Positions 39,527-52,199 of a DNA stretch of 64,000 nt are shown here, in pieces; position 1 is the first letter of the stretch; each line of letters begins with the position of its first letter. Under the pieces are notes generated by a model, which was not told where the DNA came from, did not search any database, and was given only the letters and a program-made list of their open reading frames with translations. Position numbers and translations under genes: made by a program. Origin of the DNA: Octopus sinensis (lineage: Eukaryota); contig NC_042998.1 in NCBI RefSeq assembly GCF_006345805.1, positions 76,570,001 to 76,634,000 of the forward strand. Reading direction: 5' to 3'.

Positions 39527-39608
<82 letters not shown>

Positions 39609-39998
39609 ATAAATACCTATCATTTATCTGGTGGGTGAATGTAACAAAAAGGGTGCGTGCGAGCGACGAAACCACTTTGAGCATGATCCTGTAAATCGTA
39701 AAAGAGAGAGAGACAGCACTTTGCTCTCATGTGTTTATTTTTACTCCCTCCCTGAGGTTACCGTGGTCATTTCTGTAGGCTTTTCTTTCCACAGATGGAC
39801 CTAATCTTGTTTCTTACTTTTTAAAAAATTTCTTTCTGTGATACACGATCCCTTTTGATCACTTTTTCCCCAATCCCTTTTGATTGTAATTTTACTTCTG
39901 TTCCCATTTTTTCCTTTTTCTTTTCCATTTTTGAAAAGAAAAGCTCTACACTTGTATTTATCCCTTCTGTTTCAGCCCTCTGTGGCCAATAAAGAAAG

Positions 39999-40100
<102 letters not shown>

Positions 40101-41032
40101 ATATATGTTGATAAAAATGGTAAGACAACAAAAGAAAGAAAGAGACCTCGATATTATGTAAATAGAGGAATTATTCTGTAAATGTAATATGTGACAATTA
40201 TTCGGCAGCCATGATATATATAATATATATATATACGTAGGCAAGTGTTAGTCAAATAGTGAATTTGATGTAATTGATTAAATACCTACTACCTAAAGTT
40301 GCTTGACCTCTTCCCAAACACACGAAGCCACACAAACAACGTATCTATTGGTTGTCCTCTTGAGTACAAGTTAATGCTTAAAATGTTTAACATAATATAT
40401 ATGCTAAATAACCTTTGTCTGCCTGTCTATTTAGCCAGGTAGCAATCTATCTGCCTATCCTTCTAGGCACACACACACAAATTTATATATATGTATACAA
40501 TTTTTTTAGTAGATTAATTGAACTGTTGTAGCTTCACGCTGCCGGTTATTTAAACGATGGAAAAAGAGAGACAACGCGACATATACAAGTAAATATATTT
40601 GTAATATATCCTAAAAAGATTTGGCATCGAGATGATTGGTTACCAAAGTTACAAACAACTGTGTCACACGTCTATTTATATAACAGTTATATGTAAAAGT
40701 GTCTCTATGCGTATGTATGTGTGAGCATAAACGAGAAGACACACACGCACACACACACTCACGCACACACGCATGCGCGCACGCACGCACACACACACAC
40801 ACATACACACAGACACACACACACACACAAAGTTAAAAAAACTGATGCCACTTCCAAGACTAAAGTTTGTAATTTTGAATTAGTATATGTCATTTCAAAG
40901 TGAGAATAGCGATTTCAGTGTGAAATACAGTATATCTAGTTTACTATAGTTTGATATAGTTTATATAGTTTGATATAAGACAAAAGAATTTCATACATGG
41001 TTTACCCCTGGCTATCGTAACTCGTTTACGCG

Positions 41033-41083
41033 TTTACTTGTTTCAGTCATTTTGACTGCGGCCATGCTGGAGCACCGCCTTAA
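41033..41083 (-). mobile_element. SINE family A 3'-terminal fragment
   Basis: tttacttgtttcagtcattttgactgcggccatgctggagcaccgcctt. Confidence 0.85.
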
Positions 41084-42234
41084 ACAATGCTGCGACCCAA
41101 TTCATAAAAAAACACATGGTAATAATAATATAATAAATAGTAAAAAAAAAACAGAATAAAAACCGAGGAAATTTATACTTAAACAAATATATTTACTAGA
41201 GTGATGTTATACATTATTGTTATTATTATCATTATTATCATATATATATGTATGTGTGTATATACATATACACATATACATATATATATGTTATTTGTAA
41301 AAGTTGTACTTTGTGTTTTTAACTGCATAATATCAGTAAGCAGAGTAATTTAAAAAAAAAAATATCTAGTTAATTCGGGATTACGAAATTGAATTTTAAA
41401 TCAAGAGTAAAGACTATAGAATATCTAATATTTCCTTTTTCCTTCTTGCTTATTATAAGGATCTTAAAATTATAAGAGTTTAAAATTGAAATACATCACA
41501 GATTGTAATGATTTTGGAGCGGATTACGGTTAACTTTTTCCTTTCATAGGAATAAATTGAAAGACAGAACACTTCAGAATATATAAAGACAGGAAATGAG
41601 AAGTTTTACTCAAAAGAGGGAAATTAAGATTGATAAGATGCATTCCTATGTTTCATTGTCATCAAGTATCGTACGCTTTTTGCAGCGCCTTGATTATATC
41701 CGAGCGCGAATTCTTCCATCTGATGAAGCCAAGCGTTACTTAGTTCTGACTTTCGCGTTGTGCTTTCTTGGCAAGGATATTGGGGTAGTTTGTCAATGGC
41801 TGCCCCAGCTGGAAAACTATGTTTACCAAGTAATAAAAAACATTCCATTATTTGCAGTGGCTGAATGTCATGGCAATAGATTTTCCATAAAACACGATGT
41901 AATCGATGTTGTAATTTTTTATTTCCTATATTCTTTTTCTGATGATTTTGCTTTGAAATCGTTCTTCTCACTATGATGTAGCAAAGACGCATTTTGCGAT
42001 AATACACAACACTCTGTGGTTGTAAGGTCTCACTTTGACATTTAGGATAAAGAAGAAAATGAGACAAGCCTTGTGTAAGTCATCGTTTTGTGTTTTAAAT
42101 ATATACACTACTTCTGAATATTGAATACATTTATAATTATTGTGGAACTTGGTTATTAGCTGCAATATCAATCCTGAAAAGCTGGGACTCACAAAATAAG
42201 AACGAACAAGACTAATCTGATAGCTATAGCTACC

Positions 42235-43078
42235 ATATGTGAAAAATTTCAAATGTAGCACTTTCGCTACCTCATCATTTTTCCTCACAACTTATATTTG
42301 TTTCGAGTAAATCGGAGGCAATCGTTCACGATATGGGTAATGGCTTCATCAAATCTATTATAGATTCAGTAATTAGAGACACTTGCTCATTCTTAAGGTT
42401 GACTCCAATTTGTGGCTAAAACTTGATCTTGCGCTGTCAGTATTGTGCTCTCGGTCACTGTTTTTATTGTTCCATTCTTCAACCTGTCTCACCTATGCTT
42501 TACAGCAACTTCGGTTGTGGCTACATAGAACTGATTGTCTTCGTATCCATATTTATCAGTTCTTTCTTTTGCCATTTTATGATTCCAACTCCATACCGAA
42601 CTGATGCTAGCGCTCATGTATTAACTACTTGGATTTTATTCCATCCGGTCAATTTTGGGCACAATACCGATCTTGGTCTTCGGAAATATTCCATCATCAG
42701 TTGCTCTTTCATTTACTTCTCCATTATCTCGTTGAACTCGAGTATGCCAAGTTATTAGAAGCCTTCTTTTCAATTTGTTTAATTAGGTCTCTATTAGATA
42801 GTACTAACCTTGCTAGGGACTGTACCTTACCTCTTTTTAGGTACTTCATATCACACTATTTGTGTCCGAATTCCATTCTAATATCAGCACTAAAACTGTG
42901 GACCGTGTTCACCAAAGGACTCACTTGTGCTTTATCTTTAGCATACAGCTTCAGATTATCCATGAAAAGGAATGTAGTTGATTATTTGACATTTTACGTT
43001 TAGTTGATATCTCAGGTTCATTTTCCGAAATACCAAGGTCAGAGGGATCATACAGAGAACAAAAAAGAACGGAGATAA
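42235..43078 (-). mobile_element. R4/Dong-type LINE RT/thumb/CCHC remnant
   Basis: SPFFFVLCMIPL, MDNLKLYAKD, DIRMEFG, KLTGWNKIQVVNT, VRYGVGIIKW, AQDQ, ITHIVNDC, NDEVAKVLH. Confidence 0.85.
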
Positions 43079-43080
43079 GC

Positions 43081-43360
43081 AATTATTATTATTTTCGTTT
43101 GACTCAGGATCGGTCTAATTCCTCATAGTATTTATGAGGGTAGCAGGTTACTACTTGTAATCTCAGACATCCACAAGTTTTCAGCAGTCTTTGAAGTGCA
43201 TAGAACCCTCCTGATAATGCTTGCTGTCCTTAAGAAACAAATTTTCTGTAGATCTATCGAGCATTCTAATTCAATCTTCTTCAGTGATTTGTCTATGGTT
43301 TCCTTACAGCTCCCAACACACCATTTATTTTAGGCACGACCATTACTGTTTGCAAGCTTG
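43081..43360 (-). mobile_element. R4/Dong-type LINE 3' end with (TAA)n tail
   Basis: KSLKKIELECSIDLQKICFLRTASIIRRVL then 3' UTR and aataataat. Confidence 0.75.
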
Positions 43361-43382
43361 AATTTCTTCCTATTTCAAATAT

Positions 43383-43494
<112 letters not shown>

Positions 43495-44042
43495 GAGTGA
43501 GAGAGCAGTGCATGCCATCAAAGTGACACCGGAGTAAAAATATACGAAGCCCAGTATACCCATCATAACTACCCGTCTGATAAGTGTACACTAGGCACAT
43601 GCATCACAACCATATGTGCGCAACATGGTGATCTCATATCAAGATAAACAGCGCATGAACTTGCAGGTGGGGCCCAGTTAGAATTTTCTTCTGGTCCAGT
43701 AACCCATTCCGCTCAAAAGGTCCTTGAATTGGGGTTGTTTAAGGATGTTGAACGAAACACCCATGTTTCCAGAGGTTATTCAAACCCCAAAGAATCCCTC
43801 TCAACAAGTGGCTATGATGCTGCACCACTACTTCTGCTCGTAATCAGAGATGTACATATCGTCAGCCACTAAGAGACATGCTCAACTGGTTAAGGTCAAA
43901 CAACTGACAAGCAAATCTGTGGTATTGAGCAGAATATTTGCTATAGTCCATCTTTTATACTAAGACTGGACATTGTACATGATGACACTTCCAATCAGAT
44001 AAAATCAGGAGCCACGAGAGCCACTGCCTGGTACTGCATTAA

Positions 44043-44105
<63 letters not shown>

Positions 44106-44155
44106 CATCATCATCATCGTCATCATCATCATCATCATCATCATTATTATTATCA

Positions 44156-44193
<38 letters not shown>

Positions 44194-44744
44194 GAGTGAG
44201 AGAGCAGTTCATGCCATCAAAGTGACACTGGGGTAAAATATACGAAGCCCAGTATACCCATCATGACTACCCGTCTGATAAAGGTACACCAGGCACATGC
44301 ATTACAACCATATGTGCGCGACATGGTGATCTCATATCAAGATAAACAGCACATGACCTTGCAGGTGGGGCCCAGTTAGAATTTTCTTCAGGTTGAGTAG
44401 CCCATCCCGCTCAAAAGGTCCCTGAATAAGGATTGTTTAAGGATGTTGAAAGAACCACCCATGTTTCCAGAGGTGAATTATTCAAACCCCAAAGAATCCC
44501 TCTCAACACATGGCTCTGATGCTCCCCAACTACTTCTGCTCGTGATCAGAGATGCACATATCGTCAGCCACTAAGGGGCATGCTCAACTGGTTAAGGTCA
44601 AATAACTGACAAGCAAATCTGTGGTATTGAGCAGAATATTTGCTATAGTCCATCTTTTATACTAAGACTGGACATTGTACATGATGACACTTCCAATCAG
44701 ATAAAATCAGGAGCCACGAGAGCCACTGCCTGGTACTGCATTAA

Positions 44745-44810
<66 letters not shown>

Positions 44811-44860
44811 CATCATCATCATCGTCATCATCATCATCATCATCATCATTATTATTATCA

Positions 44861-44900
<40 letters not shown>
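43495..44900. repeat. Tandem duplication of an approximately 700-bp unit (non-coding interspersed element plus flank plus compound ATT/ATC microsatellite)
   Basis: Units start gagtgagagagcag at 43495 and 44194; unique part ends gtactgcatt at 44040 and 44742. Confidence 0.93.
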
Positions 44901-44903
<3 letters not shown>

Positions 44904-44946
44904 CATTATTATTAATATTATTATTATTATTATTATTATGATTATG

Positions 44947-45030
<84 letters not shown>

Positions 45031-45051
45031 ATTATTATTATTATTATTATT

Positions 45052-45628
45052 CAGTAGTTTTATTTTTATTTTTATAGCGTGCTTTCACTTCACTACCGAG
45101 CGCAGCTCTGTGTGCCTTGGGTATGTGCTGTGATTTGTTGTGATGCTCTGATGGTTATTGTATGGAAAGTGTTCTGCGTAGGATGTGTGCAGTGCCTAGT
45201 AGTGCAATTTTCTGTATGTTATATGTGTTTGTAAGTCCTGGTGTTTTTGTTAAGTATTTGTCTGAATATTTTTTTATCATGCCTAATGCACCTACTATGA
45301 TAGGAATTGTTTCTGTTTTCAGATTCCACATTCTAGTTACCTCTATTTCCAGGTCTTTGTATTTTGAGAGTTTCTCCATTTCTTTTAGAGACACGTTGTC
45401 ATCTGCCGGTACTGATACATCAATTAGAAAGCACTTTTTTTCTTCATGGTCTCTGACAACTATATCTGGTCTGTTGGCCTTAATTTCTCTATCTGTGTGT
45501 ATCGGCATATCCCAGAGTATGGTTGCTTTCTCGTTTTCTGTGACCTTTTCTGGTGTGTGCCTATACCATCTTTTTTCTGTTGTTATTCCATAATGTTGGC
45601 ATAGCTTCCAATGTATGTAAGTTCCAAC

Positions 45629-45630
<2 letters not shown>
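45052..45630 (-). mobile_element. Young 5'-truncated R4/Dong-type LINE inserted in (TAA)n
   Basis: Uninterrupted frame 45628-45155: VGTYIHWKLCQHYG...ILWDMPIHTDREIKANRPDIVV...FLIDVSVP...EKLSKYKDL...IPIIVGALG...IQKIALLGTAHILRR; flanked by (ATT)n on both sides. Confidence 0.95.
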
Positions 45631-45692
<62 letters not shown>

Positions 45693-45710
45693 CATTATTA
45701 TCATTATCAA

Positions 45711-45782
<72 letters not shown>

Positions 45783-45997
45783 ACTTTCTTCATATTTTTA
45801 TTAAACTTTCTTCATTCATGACAAATTGGTCCTTTAAAATGGCAGTAAGAGTATAATCATTCAAATATTTTCTGAAATGATTCAATGGAGGACTGAAGTG
45901 GATTTTCTTTTCCTTTTGTAATAGACTTCTTTTAACAGAATAAAGCTTGTCTTGGAAAATGGTAACTTAATATCTTCAGTGTCCGTGTTGAGAAGTG

Positions 45998-46062
<65 letters not shown>

Positions 46063-46218
46063 TTGCGTACATACATACATAAAAACACACACTCGCGCAC
46101 GCACACACACACACTCAAACCCCGCCCACGCACACACACATAGAGGGTGAACGCGAGAGAGGGCGAGAGTTTCCAACCAAACCAGAGATTATGTTACGGA
46201 GAGAGATTTCGCTATCAT

Positions 46219-48556
46219 CAGTGTTTCCCAACCTTTTTTCCCGGCGCCCCACTTTTTCATAGCAAAAGTTTTTACGCCCCACCTTTTCCCATGTCCACTC
46301 ACATTTACAAGTACATGTGGGCCTACTTACAATTGAAAAAAAATCAAAAATTAAAAAATTGTATTCAAAATACAAAAAAATAGTTTGAGAATTGAAACAA
46401 CAGGCACTGAAAGTGCATAACACCCAATAAATCGATAAAATTATTACGATTTCTCATGTTTTTAAAAAATGTCAATTTATAAAGAATAAAGAAACACGTT
46501 TTTTCAGTTCAATTATTGACGGTCAGCTCGACTAATTTAGTGAGAACCCTGTGCCTGATGCATACAGCACAAGTTTTTAATTTGAGGAGACAACTTTGTT
46601 AATTTCAGTCGTAAATCGCCACGTTTTGTAATCTCAAGCCGGTTTCTCTTGGCTTCGAGCAAATTATCAACTGCACTAAAACCACATTCGACCAAATAAG
46701 ACGAAGGGAAAGGAATCAGTAGCTCTCTCGCTGATGTAGAAATTTTAGGATATTTTCTTTCAACCTCGTCATATAGCCACATCTTTGTACCTTTCAATTT
46801 AAACAAAGTCTTCACTGATTCATCATGTTGTAATTCTGATAACTCTTCTTGGTATTGGATTGTAGCATCAGAAACGTTAATCAGAAGCGGTTGAGTTAAC
46901 CAAGAAGGAAAATTCATTGCCTTTAAATCGCAAAATCTGTCATTGAAATCCTTTATCAAGATATTTAAATGATCAATAATTACAATGCCAGCATCATTCG
47001 TTATTTCACATTTACTCAACCAGTAAAGTTCACTGAAATTTCTTTTGGAAAATTTCTTTTTCCATAATTCGAGAGCTGTAATAAATCCAAAAATCTTTGC
47101 TTTTGCATCAATAAGTGTCATGTTTGCACCTTGAAGTTGTTTATTCAAGTTTCCAAGTTTCTCAAATATGTCTGTCAAATAACTGACAAATGCTTTTCCA
47201 TCCGTTGTTGACAGCAATTTCATTTCACATTTATCACTAAGAAAGTCGTTAATCTGATCAAATAATTCCATGAACCTCTTTAAGCAGTTTCCACTTGATA
47301 GCCATCTTACTTCCGTATGAAGCAATAATCGAACATGTTCGGCACTTTGATTTATACAAAACTGCTTAAAAAGACGTTCAGATTTAGAATTTCTTTTAAT
47401 GCTGTTGACACACTTGATCACACTTTGAAGAAACTTGTTAAGAACAGGGGACAATTTCTTGGCAACCAAGTTTTCTCGGTGTATTACACAATGGACAGTC
47501 AACATGTTTGGATTTTCATCCTTCATCATTTTTAAGCATCCCGTATTCTTGCCCATCATGGCAGGTGCACCGTCTGCCGCACATGCCAGTAAGTTTTCCT
47601 TTGGTATTTTGTTTGCATCCAAATAATGTTTGATTTTGATGTAAATATCATTTGCAGTTGTGGTGGTTTCAAACGATTCGCAGAACAGCATCTCTTCCTG
47701 AAACTCCTCGTGGTCAATATACCTCACATAAGTCAATAACAGAGCCTCACTGTCCCGGATTGTGGATTCGTCCATTTGTAATGAAAACTTACGCAATTTT
47801 AATTCTCAATGAGCTGGCTTTCAACATCTTGCCCCATTTCATCTATTCTGTTCGAGACAGTGTTATTACTGAGTGGCATAGTCCTGATATCTCCATCATC
47901 TTTTTGTAATACAGTTTTAAGAATATTGAGATAGCAGGTTTAATCAGTTGCTCTCCAATAGTGTGATTCTTTCCATGTTTTGCTATAAGCAAGGAGATTT
48001 CGTAGCTGGCTTCAAGGGCACGAGTATGAGGCGCTTGTTTTGCATGAAATAGTGAAGTGAGTTTTGTTCGGTTTTTAAATTTTTCTTTCAATGATTTGAA
48101 GTATTCCAAATCTAAATTAGAATTATTAGGATATCTTACCTTTAAGTGCGCTTCCAGCCTACCTGCCTTCATTGACTCATTGCTCATCGTCTGATTACAT
48201 AATAAGCAAAACGGTTTACGCTCATCATGCTCATCAGGAATGAATCCAAACTTCAAAATCTCCACCGCGTATTGACGAGTCTTCTTCTTGTTTGGTTTGC
48301 TCATTTTCAATAGGGCTAACAAAAGACTAATTGAGGCAATTGATTGGCTTATCTGAATAGTAAGTTTATTGCTCAGTGCGGGATCTTCTTTGTCTCGCTG
48401 GGGTGCGAGAGTTTCCGATGTGGAGGCTTCAAAGGAAAGACGGAATCTAAGGTTGTGCCCGCGTTGACCGCTCGTCATGTACAAATATTTTCACAGCCCA
48501 CGTCTATGCCCCGCGCCCCACCTGAATTTTCTCAGGCCCCACCTTGGGAATCACTG
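46219..48556 (-). mobile_element. Full-length hAT DNA transposon (Buster/Charlie/SPIN-like), 2338 bp
   Basis: TIRs cagtgtttcccaa / ttgggaatcactg (12/13 match); perfect 8-bp TSD gctatcat at 46211-46218 and 48557-48564. Confidence 0.96.
46537..48304 (-). pseudogene. hAT transposase (about 590 codons if repaired) with two 1-nt frameshifts near 47917 and 47805
   Basis: BED finger PFCLLC...RLEAHL; QMDEST (D1), ADGAPAM (D2), HCVIHRE (CxxH), EVRWLS, SYLVECGFS (E). The bridging frame reads LKTVLQKDDGDIRTMPLSNNTVSNRIDEMGQDVESQLIE. Confidence 0.93.
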
Positions 48557-49605
48557 GCTATCATTATAAGCTGTAGTTTTTTTTTACAGAAGTACATGCG
48601 TGATTCACAGTTTTTCTTTATTATTCGAGCAAAAGCTCATAAGATAAGCGTTTATTCCTTTGTCATCTATTTTTCTTATTATTGCTCTGTACTCGACTAG
48701 CGTTTCGTTCAAAAGAACCACGTATCTTGAATTCTATACCAGGTTGTTAGTCTTGTAATGCGTAATCAAAGGATTATATATATAATTTCAACACGGAGCA
48801 AATAATTCTCGAAAAAATAATTTGCGAAGATACCATTGACTCTGTTATTATCTGGTGTAACTATTTAAAAATGATAATAACAGAATCAATAATCCAGGCG
48901 ATTGCAGCCCCCCCCCCCAAGCATTAAATAGCTGAAGGATTAAAACTAATCAAAGGACATACTTTGTTGCCATTACAAGACTAACAACCTGGTGTCGAAC
49001 TTAACATACGTAATTCTTTTGAACGAAACGTTAGTCGAGTACAGAGCGGTTATCTGAAAAATAAATGACGAAGGAATAAACAATTATCTTACGAACGTCA
49101 TTAGCTTACAAATGTTTCCGCTGTGGGATGTGGTGGTCTCATGGATGAATGCCTGAGAAACACCTTATAGCTTCATCGGAGCCTCAGCCATGAAGGCATC
49201 TTACACTTGTTGCCTTTCGGTTGTAAATTGCGAATAGGCACATTAATAATCTCTAATTCTCAATTAACTACTTTCTGAATCAGTCAATGTTTCATTTGGT
49301 CTTCTGTATAAGACTGACAGGGTGAGTTAAGTTACTTAACCCTCGGCGACGGAGTAATGGGTCACTGATAAAGATTAATCAAATCTGAAATCAGTGCTGA
49401 TATGACTGCATCTCGCTTGCCGTAGGGAGGGAGCTTGTCTCCCTTGTCAGTCGTTAGAGAAGTGCTCTCACGTGGTTAAAAGTTGTTTTGACTCTTATTT
49501 CTAGCAATGTTGGTGCTGGCTAGCACCCCCTATCACTTTAGTGACGACTATACTTATTGTCTTTCGGTTGTAAATTGCGAATAGTCACCTTAATAATTTA
49601 TATAT

Positions 49606-49657
<52 letters not shown>

Positions 49658-51526
49658 GTGTGTGTGTGTGTGTGTGTTTATATATATATATATGTGTGTG
49701 TCTGTGTGTGTGTGTACATACATACATACACATATACCTATCTACCTACATACATAGATCTATATGCCCTGTATGTTTTATATGTGTGTGTACGTGAGTG
49801 TGTGCTCATACAAATATGCATATACGCATATAAAAGTACTCCGATATCCATTCGAAACAGAGGAAATCACAGTTAAAATAAGTCACTCTGAAGTAGAGGG
49901 CATATTAATTTATTGAATAAGAATCACTTACAGTACTCTTCCTTGACATTCATAGGGAAATCATCATTGTGGTGATTTCCCCTGAATGCAACAGTAGTAA
50001 GCCTTTAAGAGACACTTAGAATAAATAATGTATATATATAAATGGGTGTATATAAATATGAACATGTCTGTGTGCATGTATACAATAGTAATGGAATTGA
50101 CTACAAAAATACACCAATTCGGATCTTTTGCTGATAATTTGAAAAAAATTATCACAGAATGTTACATTTTCATGAGAGAGACACATTGCATCTTCTGGAA
50201 CCTTTATTACGGTAAGACGTACATTTTATAACAAATCAATCGATCCATAACGGTTAATATTATCATTCATTAAACTTTGGATTTCTTTAGATAGTGAAAA
50301 TTTAGTGTCTGAATGTACGTATATTATTTCGAGAATATTTTATTTAGAATAGCTTTTCTATGAGACACGCATAACTTTGTATTTGACTGTCATCTGGAAT
50401 GGGGACATATATCACTGAGAGGGCAGACATAAATGTTTTTGAATTACATAATAAAGAAACGGTTTGCGTGTTTGTGTAAGAAATATTTTTTTCTTTATAC
50501 TAACTTTTGATGTTGTGAAGTTTTGGTTCAACTGTAGCTAATCTGAATGCAATATTTAATAATGGTCGTATGACATCTATATCCTATGAGGCAATATTTA
50601 TTTATAAGGTATAGAAAAAGCCTGACAATATCAGAATGAACATTAAACTTTAGGGAAGACTTTACAATATAATCTTTCATTTCCTACATTTGCAATAATG
50701 AATATTACTGTTGTTATATATCTAATGTATTCTACCTTTCAAACCATAGTATTGTTAAAGAGTTCTTTGCCGGAGGACAAGCTGGATATGTACTTACGAA
50801 TGTCATTAACTAACATTACCGGAGGTTGTTTGGTATTTACATTAATACACTGTAGTTTCTCATTAGGTTTTACTATAAAGAATACATTTATCAGTACCTA
50901 AATTTAAATTTATGCCTAAGAAATTAATTCAACTTACATTCGTATCAACTGTGATTTTTAAGTATAACTCTGACAATTCGTTTCTTAGGAAATCCATTGT
51001 GTTGCCTTTCATACTTCGCAATAATGATTAGACTCTTTTCTATTTGCACAAAGTTCGGTCTATTCATGAGATAGAACGAAAAATACAGAGGGGCATATCT
51101 TCCGAAATAAGTGTAAGATATGCAATCCTATTAATTCATAAATTTTATTTTCATCGTATTATCCCATAACAACATCAAAGAACACCTGACTTCCACCTTT
51201 AACTCTAAAAAAAAAATGACTTAAGATGGCATAATGACGATAACGATGATGATGATGATGATGATGATGATCATTATAAATTTTTTATTTTCGTTTTCTT
51301 TCTTTTTGCATATGTTTGTACCGCCTCTAGCATCTCCACATAAACATGTTTCTCTCCAGTAACAACACTAATACTAATATTAACACAGTTAATAAAAGCC
51401 AGCACCAGCACCAGTACCAGCACTCTACCATCACCACGACGACGATCACCACGACGACGACGACCACCACACCACCAGCACCAACACCATCATTTCGGTT
51501 ACAACCCCCCCCATCAACACTAACAC

Positions 51527-52010
51527 CACCACCATACAAGGAACATGCGCTAGAATGTTCCAACAAGTGGTATGATCAGCAACCTTTGCCAATAGCAAAG
51601 AATGATCAGGTGAAACTGTCATGGGATATGCCAAGCTACACAGATAATAATCTGCAACATAACCGACCAGATATCACTCTCCTACGAATTTAGGCCAAAG
51701 AATGGACCTTTTTCCGCATAGCTCTACGTATAGACCAGAATATTGTGAAGACAGAGGACGAGAGACTCGGGAACTACCATTAAAATTGAAATGCATTTGT
51801 AGAGCTTCAAAAGTAATTGTGGTACCTATTGTCATCGGTACACTCGGAACCATCTCAAAGAAAGCAATACTCTAGCGCCGAGAGCTGCAAATACTAAACT
51901 TCATAGAAAGTCCTCCGTTGGCAGCAATACTTGGAGCAGCACATTCGTTGAGAAAAATGTTACCTCTTTAAGTTGTAGGGTGGAGCTGTGACGCGACATA
52001 ATAATAATAA
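51527..52010 (+). mobile_element. Decayed R4/Dong-type LINE 3' end
   Basis: KWYDQQP...VKLSWDMPSYTDNNLQHNRPDITLL; VVPIVIGTLGTISK; AILGAAHSLRKML; (TAA)n tail. Confidence 0.85.
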
Positions 52011-52093
52011 TAGTAATAATGATGATAATAATAATAATAATAATGATAATATTAATAATGATGATGATGATAATAATAATAATAATAATAATA

Positions 52094-52143
<50 letters not shown>

Positions 52144-52199
52144 TGATGATGATGATGATGATGAACGTTACCTTACCTCAGATTATGAACTATACTTGT

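Noticed and set aside
42660-42706. Apparent hammerhead on the minus strand (GCAA CTGATGA T GGA..TCC GAAG ACC...GGT A TTGT)
   Set aside because: It lies in the R4/Dong RT frame (EQLMMEYFRRPRSVL) and has GAAG instead of GAAA; coincidental.
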